From Thermodesulfovibrionales bacterium (lineage in GTDB: Bacteria > Nitrospirota > Thermodesulfovibrionia > Thermodesulfovibrionales > SM23-35), in contig CAVQRT010000002.1 in the NCBI GenBank assembly GCA_963715195.1, forward strand, positions 32,001-96,000: 64,000 bases of DNA. Reading direction: 5' to 3'. The translations under genes were made by a program, and so were the position numbers. Position 1 is the stretch's first letter, and each line of letters begins with the position of its first letter. Of the stretch, positions 9,660 to 21,242 are shown piece by piece. A model generated the notes under the pieces. That model made no database searches. It saw only the letters and a program-made list of their open reading frames with translations, and was not told where the DNA came from.

Positions 9660-11631
9660 ATGTCCAACGAGAGTATTGACGTATTGATGGCGGAAAAGAG
9701 GACGTTCCCTCCGTCGAAGGAATTCAGCAAAAAGGCGCATATCAAAAACATCAAAGAGTATGAAGAACTGTACAAAAAGTCTGTTGAAAATCCTGACGAA
9801 TTCTGGGCAGAAATGGCAGAAAAGCACCTGACCTGGTACAAGAAATGGGATAAGGTTTCAGATTGGGACTTTCATAAGCCATATATCAAATTTTTTATTG
9901 GGGGAAAATTGAATGCCTGCTACAACTGCCTTGACAGGTTTATAAATACCCCGACCAGGAACAAAGCAGCCATTATCTGGGAATCGGATGATGGAACATA
10001 TAAAACCTACACGTATCAGCAGTTATACCGCGAAGTGAGCCGATTCGCCAATGTCCTGAAAAAACATGGCGTGAAGAAAGGAGACAGGGTAACCATCTAT
10101 CTCCCCATGATTCCGGAACTCCCGATCTCGATGCTTGCCTGTGCCCGCATCGGTGCAATCCACAGCGTCGTTTTCGGAGGGTTCAGTGCAACAGCACTGA
10201 AAGACAGGATACAGGACTGCAAATCAAACCTCCTTATTACTGCGGACAAAGGCGCCAGGGGCGGACGGTTTGTCCCTCTCAAGGCAAATGCCGACCAAGC
10301 CCTACAGGAATGTCCTACTGTTCAGAAAACTATCGTCGTAAAACGGGTTGGGAGTGTGGATATGGAACCCAACAGGGATCTGTGGTGGCATGATGAGATG
10401 AATGACCCTGACATATCAGACTACTGTGAACCCGAACAAATGGATGCCGAGGATCCCCTGTTCATCCTGTATACGTCAGGTTCCACAGGGAAACCAAAGG
10501 GAGTCCTTCACACCGTTGGCGGATATATGCTGTATACAAACCTCACATTCAAATGGATATTTGATTACCGTGATGAAGATATCCACTTCTGCACTGCGGA
10601 CATCGGTTGGGTCACCGGGCATAGCTATATTCTCTATGGTCCTTTGAGCAGCGGGGCAACCAGCCTGATGTTTGAAGGTATCCCGACATATCCCGATCCA
10701 AGCAGGTTCTGGAAAATTGTGGACAAATTCGGGGTCAACATTTTTTATACAGCACCGACTGTAATCAGGGCCCTTATGAGAGAGGGTGAGAGCTGGGTTA
10801 ACAAACACGATCTTTCCTCACTGAGATTGCTCGGGACAGTCGGAGAACCGATCAACCCCGAGGCATGGATGTGGTACCATACCCATGTTGGGAAAACGAA
10901 ACTACCGATTGTTGATACATGGTGGCAGACTGAGACAGGCGGTATATTAATTACACCTTTGCCCGGAGCCATGACAACAAAGCCGGGATCAGCCAGCAAA
11001 CCATTTCCAGGAGTCGTTCCGAAAGTTTTAAAAGAAGACGGCTCCCCTGCCGGCGCTCATGAAGGCGGGTACCTTGTCATCGAAAAACCATGGCCGGGAA
11101 TGCTCCGCGGCACTTACGGAGACCCGGAGAATAAACGCATCAAGGAAGTGTATTTTCACGCGCTTTCCCGGGAAATACTTCACCGGTGATGGTGCACGGG
11201 TCGATGAAGACAACGATTATTGGCTTATGGGAAGAATTGACGATGTTATCAATGTTTCCGGCCACAGGATCGGAACAGCTGAAGTCGAGTCTGCCCTCGT
11301 AAGCCATGAGGCAGTAGCTGAAGCTGCAACAGTCGGCTACCCGCATGATATTAAAGGTGAAGGCATTTATGTCTACGTGACTCTGAAGGAGGGCTTCGAA
11401 CCCACCCCTGAACTCACCAAGATACTCGTCGGTCACGTGAGGCAGGTGATTGGCCCGATAGCAACCCCTGATAAAATACAGTTTACCCCGGGTTTACCAA
11501 AAACGAGGAGTGGTAAGATTATGCGAAGGATACTCCGGAAAATAGCACGGGGAGATACGGAAGACCTCGGCGATACATCCACCCTTGCAGATCCTTCCGT
11601 GGTCAATGAGATCCTGAAGGGGAAAGTGTAA
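9660..11631 (+). CDS. acs: Acetyl-CoA synthetase (AMP-forming), one frameshift near 11155
   Basis: [34 protein letters not shown]-terminal [11 protein letters not shown] lies in ORF 11059-11631; extra T in tattttcacg. Confidence 0.93.
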
Positions 11632-11661
11632 TAACGTCGGACAACAGAATGATATGTTCCC

Positions 11662-11696
11662 AAAAGGGTAGAGTAAAATCTACCCTTTTTGTTTTT
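11662..11696 (+). terminator. Rho-independent terminator after acs
   Basis: AAAAGGGTAGA-gtaaaa-TCTACCCTTTT followed by a T-rich tract. Confidence 0.7.
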
Positions 11697-11730
11697 CCCG
11701 CGGTAAAATAAACCGCGTAAGGAGAATTGT

Positions 11731-14416
11731 GTGTCGGTAAAAAACCTTGAATATTTTTTCAATCCCCGTAGAATCGCTGTCATCGGTGCATGTGAAGACA
11801 GATACTCGATAGGCTACACAGTTTTCAAAAATCTCTTTGGCAAAGGGTTCAAAGGTTCTGTGTATCCTGTCAACCCCCGTGTCGAGGCAGTACAGGGGGT
11901 AGAGGCATATCCCAAAATATCCGACATTCAGCGCGAAATCGATCTGGCCATTGTGGCAGTCCCCCCTCAAGAGATTCCCCAGGTGCTTGATGAATGCGGC
12001 ATCAAAGGAGTAAAGGGGGTCATAATCCTCTGTTTTGATTTTAAGAAGAGGGTTGAAAATTCTCAGGACCTCCAGGGAAAAATTAAAGATGCCTCTGACA
12101 AATATGGATTCAGGGTTCTGGGTCCTGATTCACTTGGATTTATCAAGCCGAGCATGAATCTCAACGCAAGCATCTATCCTCAAATACCTCCGAAGGGGAA
12201 TATCGCTTTCATAGCGCAAAGCACTACCCTCTCATCCGCACTTCTGGACTGGGCGTCAAGCAAGAACATCGGTTTCAGCTACTTCATTTCTATCGGAACG
12301 AAAATTGATATCAAACTCGCAGACCTCATTGACTTCCTTGGGGTTGATCCGGAGACACGGGCTATTATTCTCTACATAGAATCCATAAAAAACGGGCGTA
12401 AATTCATAACTGCTGTCCGGAGTTTTGCATCCAGCAAGCCGATCATGATAATTAAATCCGGGAAATTCGATGTCTCTGCCCATGTTGCACTCACGCATTC
12501 AGGGTACATGGCGGGAGAAGACAAGGTTTACGATGCAGCCTTTGAACGTGCAGGAGCCATACGGGTTGATGAAACCCTTGATCTCTTCTATCTTGCCGAG
12601 TCCCTCTCCAAACAGCGCCGTCCCAAGGGTAACCATCTGGCAATTATCACGAATTCCGGTGGCTCCAGCCATCATAGCTGTCGACACCCTGCTTAAACTG
12701 AACGGGGAATTGGCAATGTTAAGTAAAGAAACTGAGGAATCCCTCCGCACGCACTTCACCTATCTTAGGTTTATTCAGAATCCCGTCGATCTGTTCGTTG
12801 AGGCATCTCCAAAGGATTATGATGTCGCATTGAGAGGTTGCCTTAAGGATAAGAATGTCGACGGCGTTCTCGTTATCCATACTCCCTCTTACCTGCCGAA
12901 CTCAAGGGAAATTGCAGAGGCAGTAGTTGAGGCAGCAAAAGCGTATCCCTATAAACCGATCTTCACCATCTGGATGGGCGGAGAGCAGGTGATTGCCTCA
13001 AGGGAATTTCTCAGCAGCCACGGGATACCGACTTTTGTATCCACAGAACAATCAGTCAAGAGCTTCATGTATATGTACCGGTATGATTACAACCTCCGTC
13101 TCCTTCTCGAAACACCGGAGGTGATTCTGAAGGATTTTGAACCCGATGAGTACCGCGCCGAGGAGATAATCAGAAAGGCATCGGAAGAGAAAAGGCTTCT
13201 CCTGAATCTCAATGAGGTAAAAGATGTTCTCCTCTCGTACGGGATACCGGTCGTTCCCACAAAGGTAGTTCAGACTGCTGAAGAAGCAATCGAGATCGCT
13301 GATTTCATCGAATATCCTGTAGTTTTAAAAATTGATTCAAGGAAAATATTTCATAAAACCGAACTGGGGGGTGTCTGGTTAAACCTCAGGGACCAGAATG
13401 CAATCAGAGAAGCCTTTAAGCACCTTCAGGAGCTTGCTGTGATGGCGAAAGATCCAGATGCACAGGTTATCATTCAGCCGATGGTATCACATAATGGTTA
13501 TGAACTCGTGATCGGCGCCAAAAAAGACCCGACGTTCGGGTCGGTAATTGTCTTTGGTACCGGCGGGGTCCTTCTTGATGTCGTCGAGGATTATGCCATA
13601 GGACTTCCGCCCCTCAATCAGACATTGGCAAGGCGCATGATGAACAAGACGAAGATTTATAACCATCTCCGCCGTCAGGTAGGTTTCGAAAGCACGCTCC
13701 GCTATATTGAGGAAGTCCTTGTTCGGTTCTCTCATCTGATCATTCATTTTCCCCATATTAAGGAGATCGATATCAATCCCTTCTTTGTCTCAAATGAGGA
13801 GAGCTTTGCGTTGGATGCCAACATCCTGCTCGAGGCGGATGTCCTTGAAGGTTTCGTTCCTGTGAGAGGTGACTTCTGTCCTCCTCACCTTTCCATCTGT
13901 CCCTACCCCGATCAATACATTGACGTTTTCAAGTTGCGGGATGGCCCTGCTGCCGTTATCAGGCCCATCCGTCCTGAGGATGAACCTCTCATAAAAGAAT
14001 TGCTGAAGAGGTCTTCCGAACAGACACTCATGATGAGGTTTTTTAGGAAAGTATCTGACATGACTCATGAGCAACTTACGCGGTACTGTCACGTTGATTA
14101 TGACCGGGAGATCTCCTTCGTGGCTATCCTCACCGACACCGGCGGGGACCGGATAGTCGGCGAGGTTCGGATGAGCAGACTGCCCGATCAGGAGAATGCT
14201 GAAATGGCTGTTGTAGTTGGGGACCCCTGGCAGGGAAAGGGCATTGGGAAGGCCCTCTGTATGCACTGTTTGAAGATTGCGAAGGAGATCGGGATTAAAA
14301 AAATGTGGATGGAAATTCTGCAGGTAAATTCAAGGATGCTTCACCGGGCAGAAACCATGGGCTTTACGAAAGTTTCATCTGATGAGGAGTCGTTAAAAGT
14401 TCTGCTTGATTTGTAA
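11731..14416 (+). CDS. pat: Pat-type protein lysine acetyltransferase (NDP-forming acyl-CoA synthetase-like domains + C-terminal GNAT), frameshift near 12662
   Basis: ORF 11731-12696 gives the CoA-binding domain; ORF 12470-14416 gives ATP-grasp (HKTELGGV, EIDINP) and GNAT (IRPIRPED, WQGKGIG); next to acs. Confidence 0.85.
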
Positions 14417-14432
14417 TATTTGCAGAAAGGGA

Positions 14433-14461
14433 TTGAAATTTTTTAAAAAGATCGCTAAACT
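14433..14461 (+). promoter_or_regulatory. sigma70-type promoter for the porin gene
   Basis: TTGAAA-17 nt-TAAACT, 37 nt upstream of the ATG. Confidence 0.5.
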
Positions 14462-14498
14462 CAATAGAATTTAAAATTTTTCATCACAAGGAGGGGTT

Positions 14499-15761
14499 AT
14501 GAAGATTTTATTTCGAGGGTTTCTGGCATGTATTTTCATCTTTCTGCTGTCAGGTGCCGTCTTCGCTCAGGCAACGGTGACTGATATGCAGAGTCAGCTC
14601 GAAATGCTGATGAAACAGGTGGATGCGCAAAAGAAGCAGATCGAGTCACTGCAAAATACCATCAACGAAATGCAAAGCAAACAGGCTGTACCTGCAGCAC
14701 CTGCCGCAGCTCCGGAAGTAAAAGTAAGTTCCAAATACGATATCAAGATCTACGGGAAAATAAAGTTTGACACTATTTATGATACCAATAACATGGGGAG
14801 AGATGAATTTATTACGTTTGTTCCCCAAAACGCTGACGGTAAAGACAAAGCAACATTTAATGTTCGTGACACTCGTTTGGGTATTGCCGTTACCGGTCCG
14901 TCGATGAATGGCTGGACAGCTAGTGGCCGTTTTGAATCCGATTTTTATGGTAGCGACCCGACAAGTAATGGTGGCCTAAGAATTCGTCTCGCCTACATAG
15001 ATTTCAAAAAAGATGGCACCGGAATCAGGGTTGGACAGGACTGGAACCAAATTGCTGCACTGAATCCGACAACTGTCGACTTTGCGATCATGGGGTACAA
15101 TGGTAACCTTTGGAATAGGGTCCCACAGGTAACCTTACGGCAGAATTTCGGAAGCGGGCTTGACGGTCTCCTCACTGTCTATCGTTACCGTTGGAATGAT
15201 GATGACGCCGGCTCAAAAGTTGATACACAGATTCATATGCCTTGGATTGGCGGAAAAGTCGCCTATGCAGGCAAACTCATTGATCCCGACAAAAATGCCT
15301 ACATTGCACTTGATGGTGCAGTCAGAAATGGTCAAGCCGGGGATAATGACGTGACTCCTTATGTTGCTGCACTCGAGTTGAAACTGCCCATTATGTTCGT
15401 CGAGTTAACCGGTGAAGCATACATGGGGCAGGGTCTCGGCTCTGAGTATTTCCATACTGGTTCCGGCGGGGCTTTCAGTGCAAAAGGGAATGCGGTATTG
15501 ACCCGCGGCGGTTTTCTCCAGGCCAGTGTAAAACCGATCAAAGATATCACTGTGAATGTTGGATATGGCTTGGATGATCCTAAGAACGCTGATGCAGGAA
15601 GCGATTTCTTCCAGAAGAGCAACTATGCTTTTGGTAATGTGTTTATACAGCTCTTTAATGACATCTCAGCAGGCATGGAAGTAGCCCATGTGAATACTGA
15701 TTGGGCAACCGGCGATGAGCACGGCACCCGCTATCAGGCTTCATTGATGTATAACTGGTAA
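14499..15761 (+). CDS. DcaP-like outer-membrane porin with N-terminal coiled coil
   Basis: Signal peptide (AVFA-Q), coiled coil, YGKIKFD / TRLG / FESDF / RIRLAY / GQDW pattern, C-terminal aromatic YNW. Confidence 0.7.
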   Translation: MKILFRGFLACIFIFLLSGAVFAQATVTDMQSQLEMLMKQVDAQKKQIESLQNTINEMQSKQAVPAAPAAAPEVKVSSKYDIKIYGKIKFDTIYDTNNMGRDEFITFVPQNADGKDKATFNVRDTRLGIAVTGPSMNGWTASGRFESDFYGSDPTSNGGLRIRLAYIDFKKDGTGIRVGQDWNQIAALNPTTVDFAIMGYNGNLWNRVPQVTLRQNFGSGLDGLLTVYRYRWNDDDAGSKVDTQIHMPWIGGKVAYAGKLIDPDKNAYIALDGAVRNGQAGDNDVTPYVAALELKLPIMFVELTGEAYMGQGLGSEYFHTGSGGAFSAKGNAVLTRGGFLQASVKPIKDITVNVGYGLDDPKNADAGSDFFQKSNYAFGNVFIQLFNDISAGMEVAHVNTDWATGDEHGTRYQASLMYNW

Positions 15762-15777
15762 GAACTTTAATATACAG

Positions 15778-15803
15778 CAAGGGGATGGGAAGCCATCCCC
15801 TTG
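15778..15803. terminator. Hairpin between convergent porin and ftsK
   Basis: CAAGGGGATGG-gaag-CCATCCCCTTG. Confidence 0.65.
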
Positions 15804-17873
15804 TCATCTCCTTCTCCTGAGAAAATCTCTCGGTTTTCCGGCGGCCCTTGGCGGACCTACCAGACCATCCTCTTCCATTAATTCCATGATGCGTGCAGCC
15901 CTGTTGTACCCTATCTTGAGTCGCCTCTGGATAAAGGATATGGAGACCTCGCCGGTTGTCTCCCCGATCTCAATCGCTTTCTGATACATTTCGTCTCGTT
16001 CCGCATATTTTTCATCATCACCCGGTTCGTCCAGGTTCTGAATGCTCTCCATAATCCTGTAATCAGGCCTCCCCTGTGTTTTTATAAACTCGGTAACGCC
16101 CTGTATCTCCTCTTCGGTAATCAGCGCTCCATGAACGCGGATGATGCGTGCACCGGGCAGCATCAAAAGCATATCTCCTTTCCCGAGGAGCTGCTCTGCG
16201 CCATGGGTATCGAGGATTGTGCGGGAATCCACTTTTGAAGATACCTGGAAAGAAAGTCTCGCGGGAAAGTTCGCCTTGATAATTCCGGTAATGACATCAA
16301 CAGAAGGTCTCTGAGTGGCCAAAATAAGGTGTATGCCTGCCGCACGTCCCATCTGTGCAAGCCTTGTTATGGAATCTTCCACATCCGTCGGCGCAGTAAA
16401 CATAAGGTCAGCGAGTTCATCAATAATAATGACGAGATAGGGCAGATGCTCCTCATCCTTTGCCTGCAGGTTGAAGCTCTCTATGTTCCGGGAGCCCTTT
16501 TCTGCAAGAAACCGGTAGCGCCTCTCCATTTCGAAAACCATCTTCCTCAATGCCTCTGCTGATTCTTTCGGGTTCGTAATAACGGGAGAAATAAGATGGG
16601 GGATTTCCTGATAGGCGGAAAGTTCGAGCAGCTTCGGATCGACCATGAGCATCTTCACCTCAGCAGGAGTTGCCTTATACAACATGCTCATCACCATGGA
16701 ATTTATGGATACACTCTTTCCTGACCCGGTTGCACCGGCAACGAGCAGGTGCGGCATTTTGGAGAGATCTGCAACGACCGGGGCACCTGAAATGTCTTTG
16801 CCGAGTCCGAGGGTAAGTTTCGATTTGCTCTTCTGAAACCCTTCTGAAGAGAGTATCTCTCTCAGAGAAACGGTTTCCCGTTGCTTGTTGGGGACTTCTA
16901 TGCCGAGAACAGCTCTGCCCGGGATAGCTGATACCCGTATGCTTTGCGCTTTGAGCGCGAGGGCAAGATCATCAGACAGGGAAACAATCTTGTTGATCTT
17001 GACCCCGGGAGCCGGTTCGAATTCATACATCGTGATAATGGGACCGGGATTTACCTTGGTGATTTTTCCTTCTACGCCGAAATTATACAGCTTCTGCTCA
17101 ATGAGTGATGAATCAGCGATAAGTTCTTCATGAGATGGCTTGACAACCTCAGAAACGGAGTGCCGCAGGATTTCGAGAGAGGGGAATTCGTAGTCACCTT
17201 CCTTTCTCGGCAGCATGGGCGCAGCAGGTTCAGCAACAGGGTAAGCTACAGGCGCAAACTCGGATTCGGTAATAAGTATCTCCTCCTGTTCTTCTGGTTC
17301 CGCTTCTTCCCTGAACTCTTTTCGTTCAACCTGCCGGGTCCTCTTTCTGACCGCAATGGCAGTCACTGACACAGGGCTTATCAATACGATCGAAGACAGA
17401 AGAGCCGAGAGTGAAAAGATATAGGCGCCGGGCAGGGATACCAGTTGAATGGCAAGATATGCCAGCGCCTTGCCCGCAAGGCCACCAATTCCGTCGGGAT
17501 ACTTCTCCAGCCCGATACCAAAGGTGTGAGAGAGGAGGGAGAGAAGAAGAGACGTAGATATGGTGCATAAGATCCCCCCGAGGAGATATATCCGGTGTCG
17601 CCCCAGCCCCAGCAGACGTTTCACCCCGAATGCAATAACGAAAACAGGGATGATGAACGCAGCAAGCCCGAGAAGAATGATGAGAAAACCCGATAATTGC
17701 GCCCCGACAACGCCCCCCAGATTCCGGACAGGTTCGGGCGGTTCTGTCGTCCTGAAAAAAAGAACGGAGTCCCTCAGCGAGTGGGTAAAGAGAATCATCA
17801 GCAGATAGAAACTGCCCATGAGCGAGACAACGCCGGCAATCTCTTCTTTTACCCGTCTTATTCTTTCCACCAT
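15804..17873 (-). CDS. ftsK: DNA translocase FtsK
   Basis: N-terminal TM domain, Walker A GATGSGKS, DELADLM, gamma domain IQRRLKIGYNRAARI; start moved to ATG 17873. Confidence 0.95.
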   Translation of the reverse strand: MVERIRRVKEEIAGVVSLMGSFYLLMILFTHSLRDSVLFFRTTEPPEPVRNLGGVVGAQLSGFLIILLGLAAFIIPVFVIAFGVKRLLGLGRHRIYLLGGILCTISTSLLLSLLSHTFGIGLEKYPDGIGGLAGKALAYLAIQLVSLPGAYIFSLSALLSSIVLISPVSVTAIAVRKRTRQVERKEFREEAEPEEQEEILITESEFAPVAYPVAEPAAPMLPRKEGDYEFPSLEILRHSVSEVVKPSHEELIADSSLIEQKLYNFGVEGKITKVNPGPIITMYEFEPAPGVKINKIVSLSDDLALALKAQSIRVSAIPGRAVLGIEVPNKQRETVSLREILSSEGFQKSKSKLTLGLGKDISGAPVVADLSKMPHLLVAGATGSGKSVSINSMVMSMLYKATPAEVKMLMVDPKLLELSAYQEIPHLISPVITNPKESAEALRKMVFEMERRYRFLAEKGSRNIESFNLQAKDEEHLPYLVIIIDELADLMFTAPTDVEDSITRLAQMGRAAGIHLILATQRPSVDVITGIIKANFPARLSFQVSSKVDSRTILDTHGAEQLLGKGDMLLMLPGARIIRVHGALITEEEIQGVTEFIKTQGRPDYRIMESIQNLDEPGDDEKYAERDEMYQKAIEIGETTGEVSISFIQRRLKIGYNRAARIMELMEEDGLVGPPRAAGKPRDFLRRRR

Positions 17874-18625
17874 AATCCTGTTATTATAACAACTGCCAGG
17901 ACAAACCGGTAAAAGACGAAGATATTCAGGGGATATTTCTTGAAGAAGTGCAGCAAGAATTTGATGGCAACAAGACCTGTGCAAAAAGAGGCAACAAGAC
18001 CGGATGCAAAAAGGCTGAAGTTATAATTCTCCGCACTGCCGATAACCTTTGTTGCATGCAAGAGGACTGCACCGGCAATAATCGGCGTTGAGAGAAGAAA
18101 CGAAAACCGGGCAGATGCTTCCCGCTCGAGTCCTGCGAAGAGACCAGCTGCGATGGTAATCCCGGAGCGGGAAACACCGGGAATTATTGCCACCGCCTGT
18201 GCGATACCAATGAAGAGGGCGTTGCCGAATGTGATTGTATCAATATTTTTAAACTTATATGCCTTTTCAGACAGGAGCATCACAAAGCCCACGCCAATCA
18301 ACATCACACTGATTATCAACGGACTTCTCATAGACGTCTCAACGATGTCGTTCAGCAAGAATCCGGTGATACCGGCAGGAACTGATGCCATGAGAATAAA
18401 CGCGAATAATTTCTGTTTCCTCACGATGAGGTCAATCCAGTCTTTCCAAAAACAGCAGAGCAGAGCACACAGGGTCCCGCCGTGCAAAGCGATATCAAAG
18501 GTGAGGGTATCAACCTCACCGTTCCAGCTGAAAAACCAGGGGAGCAGGATCAGATGCGCCGTGCTGCTGACTGGCAGGAACTCGGTAAACCCCTGGACGA
18601 CGCCGAGAATGATGGCTTCGAACAC
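17858..18625 (-). CDS. uppP: Undecaprenyl-diphosphate phosphatase
   Basis: QGFTEFLPVSSTAH and PGVSRSG motifs. Confidence 0.95.
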   Translation of the reverse strand: MFEAIILGVVQGFTEFLPVSSTAHLILLPWFFSWNGEVDTLTFDIALHGGTLCALLCCFWKDWIDLIVRKQKLFAFILMASVPAGITGFLLNDIVETSMRSPLIISVMLIGVGFVMLLSEKAYKFKNIDTITFGNALFIGIAQAVAIIPGVSRSGITIAAGLFAGLEREASARFSFLLSTPIIAGAVLLHATKVIGSAENYNFSLFASGLVASFCTGLVAIKFLLHFFKKYPLNIFVFYRFVLAVVIITGLWWKE

Positions 18626-18631
18626 GCGAGC

Positions 18632-20287
18632 CTAAACCTCGAAAATAATCGGCATGATCATCGGTCTGCGGTCCATGGTGTTTCTGAGATATTTCTTCAG
18701 CGTGCTTCTGAGTTTTGCCTTGAGCAGTGAAGCATCTGAAACCACTTCCGGTTCAAGGCCTCTTATCGTGTCTGTAAGGAGTTCCTTGACCTTTGTGATG
18801 ACCTCCTGTGATGCATCCTCAAAGATAAATCCCCGTGATATGATGTCCGGGCCTGAGACAATGGTACCGGTCAGTTTTTCGATCCCAAGCAGGATGAGAA
18901 CGATGCCATCGTGGGCAAGACGCAGCCGGTCCCTGAGCACCATCTCCTCTACGTCTCCCATGCCCTTGCCGTCTATGAAGATGCGGCCGCAATGTACACT
19001 TCCATTTTTTCTCGCTCCACTGCCATCAATCTCAAGGACATCCCCATTTTTAAGGATAAAAATGTTCTCCTCGGGGATATCCGTTTTCCGTGCGAGCATC
19101 GTATGATAGACGAGGTGCCGGTATTCCCCGTGAAGAGGCATGAAGTATTTCGGCTTCACGAGGTTCAGCATGAGTTTTAGTTCTTCTTTTGATGCGTGTC
19201 CCGAGACATGTACCTCTGATACTTTTTCATAGATAACGTTCGCTCCCCGCCTGAAGAGATGGTTAATAATCTTTCCGATGGAGCGCTCGTTACCAGGAAT
19301 CATCTTTGCGGAAAGGATAACGGTATCACCGTTTTTGATTTTTATGACCTTATGCTCATCAGTTGCAATCCGCGAGAGAACACTCATCGGTTCTCCCTGG
19401 CTTCCCGTCGTAATTATAACCACTTCATGATCCGGGAGTTCCTTCAGTTCATCCAGCTTGAGCCAGGTTCCCTGAGGGATTTGCAGATATCCCAGGTTTA
19501 AAGCTATCTGTGCATTCGACACAATGCTCTTCCCGCAAAGGATAACCTTTCTCCCGAATTTCACCGCAACATCGATTGCCTGCTGGATCCTATGGATATT
19601 CGATGCAAACGTGGCAATGATAATCCTTCCTTCCGTCTTGGAAAAGATATTCTCGAAGGCACGTCTGACCTCTTTTTCGGAAAAGGTGAACCCGCCTTTT
19701 TCTGCATTGGTGCTGTCGGACAAGAGAAGCAGGGTTCCCCTTTCCCCATATTCAGAAAACTTGAGGAAATCCATGAGCTGTCCGTCAACCGGGGTGGGAT
19801 CAAGCTTGAAATCGCCGGTATGAACGACCAACCCGATAGGCGTCGTAATGCCGAGGCCGACACCGTCCACAATGCTGTGAGTCACTCTCACAAATTCAAC
19901 AGAAAATTTGCCGATACGAACAACATCCCTGGGCATCACCGGGATAAGCTCTGCTGTGTCAAGGCTGTGCTCAGAGAGTTTTTCCCGTACCAGACCAAGT
20001 GTCAAAGGAGTTCCGTAAACAGGTACCTGGATCTCTTTCAGCAGGAAAGGAAGGGCACCGGTGTGGTCCTCATGGCCATGCGTAAGGATCACTGCCTTTA
20101 CTTTGGCTCTGTTCTGAATCAGGTAGGAAATATCCGGAATAATGAAATCTACACCGAGGGTATCTTCTTCCGGGAACATCAGCCCGGCATCAACAATAAT
20201 AATATCTTCGTCGTATTCCAGGACGGTCATGTTGAGGCCAATCTCCTCAACACCACCAAGAGGGATGACAGCAAGCGTATTTTCCAC
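18632..20287 (-). CDS. rnj: Ribonuclease J
   Basis: PLGGVEEIGLN, THGHEDH, TGSQGEP, HVSGHA. Confidence 0.95.
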   Translation of the reverse strand: MENTLAVIPLGGVEEIGLNMTVLEYDEDIIIVDAGLMFPEEDTLGVDFIIPDISYLIQNRAKVKAVILTHGHEDHTGALPFLLKEIQVPVYGTPLTLGLVREKLSEHSLDTAELIPVMPRDVVRIGKFSVEFVRVTHSIVDGVGLGITTPIGLVVHTGDFKLDPTPVDGQLMDFLKFSEYGERGTLLLLSDSTNAEKGGFTFSEKEVRRAFENIFSKTEGRIIIATFASNIHRIQQAIDVAVKFGRKVILCGKSIVSNAQIALNLGYLQIPQGTWLKLDELKELPDHEVVIITTGSQGEPMSVLSRIATDEHKVIKIKNGDTVILSAKMIPGNERSIGKIINHLFRRGANVIYEKVSEVHVSGHASKEELKLMLNLVKPKYFMPLHGEYRHLVYHTMLARKTDIPEENIFILKNGDVLEIDGSGARKNGSVHCGRIFIDGKGMGDVEEMVLRDRLRLAHDGIVLILLGIEKLTGTIVSGPDIISRGFIFEDASQEVITKVKELLTDTIRGLEPEVVSDASLLKAKLRSTLKKYLRNTMDRRPMIMPIIFEV

Positions 20288-20394
20288 TGGGTGATATTAT
20301 ATCAAATTTTGTATGGGGATTACGGAAACAGAGTTGTAGCAACAGAAGGTGAATGAAAATCAGATGATCATTCCTACATAATTTCAGGAATAGA

Positions 20395-20955
20395 TCATAT
20401 CCTTGGATGCTCCTTCCGGTAATCATGCGGCTTTTCCCTTAGACCATTCTCGCTCCAGATGCCAAGCCGCTTTTCTCTTGCCTCCGCCTGCGCTTTTTTA
20501 AACTCCGCTGCATATTTTACGTTCGGCGGTACCGTATAGAGCATCGCATATCCGCTCTTTATCATCTCCAGATTAATGAGCCTTCCGTCAGCAGTCCATA
20601 CGTATGCGAGGATACGTCCGTATTGGTCGGTTTTTTGGGCATCAGTTTCTATTGTCACCTTCCATTTTGAGGCCTGCACGACAGATTCAAGATATTGTTT
20701 TGCCTGTTCTCCCCACGGATTCTGCCCTGTTTCAGGCGCGTCGATGCCGATAAGTCTGAGCTTTTCCTGTTTCTTATGCAGGATGACACTGATTGTATCC
20801 CCATCATGAATGGTTGCGACCGGAACGGCCTCATTGCTCTGCTGTGCAGCGAGAAAAGGATATCTTTCGTTCACCAGATAGAAAACTGCCGCGAGGAGAA
20901 AGAAAATGACGGAGATGAGATTTATCGCTCTGAGTTTGGTGTTCCTTCGCCGCAT
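20395..20955 (-). CDS. Thermonuclease (SNase-like) with N-terminal membrane anchor
   Basis: DGDT, RLIGIDAPE, DQYGRILAYV, RLGIWS. Confidence 0.9.
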   Translation of the reverse strand: MRRRNTKLRAINLISVIFFLLAAVFYLVNERYPFLAAQQSNEAVPVATIHDGDTISVILHKKQEKLRLIGIDAPETGQNPWGEQAKQYLESVVQASKWKVTIETDAQKTDQYGRILAYVWTADGRLINLEMIKSGYAMLYTVPPNVKYAAEFKKAQAEAREKRLGIWSENGLREKPHDYRKEHPRI

Positions 20956-21098
20956 GCTTTATTATATATCATGCTTTGTTGTCCCGGCCTCTTCCGCGGT
21001 ATTTGTAACAGCCGTCAGGACCGGTATTTCAAGTAAAAAGAAATATAAACAAGCCCATCAGCCGAACTATTGAAAGATAGGAAAGAGATGTGCTATTT

Positions 21099-21168
21099 TG
21101 TCATTCCGGCTTGGCCGGAATCTTTCTTTAGGAAGGATTCCCGATGCGCTTCGCTTGCGGGAATGACA
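21099..21168. repeat. Palindromic REP/RPE-like element (GTCATTCC...GGAATGAC type)
   Basis: Terminal inverted repeat TGTCATTCC / GGAATGACA enclosing hairpins ATTCCGGC-ttg-GCCGGAAT and ATTCCCG...CGGGAAT. Confidence 0.65.
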
Positions 21169-21242
21169 TTTTGTTTGATACGTAAATATATTCATAGAAT
21201 GAAGTGCTTAGTTTATTCACAGGCATTAATGAATCCTGCCTG

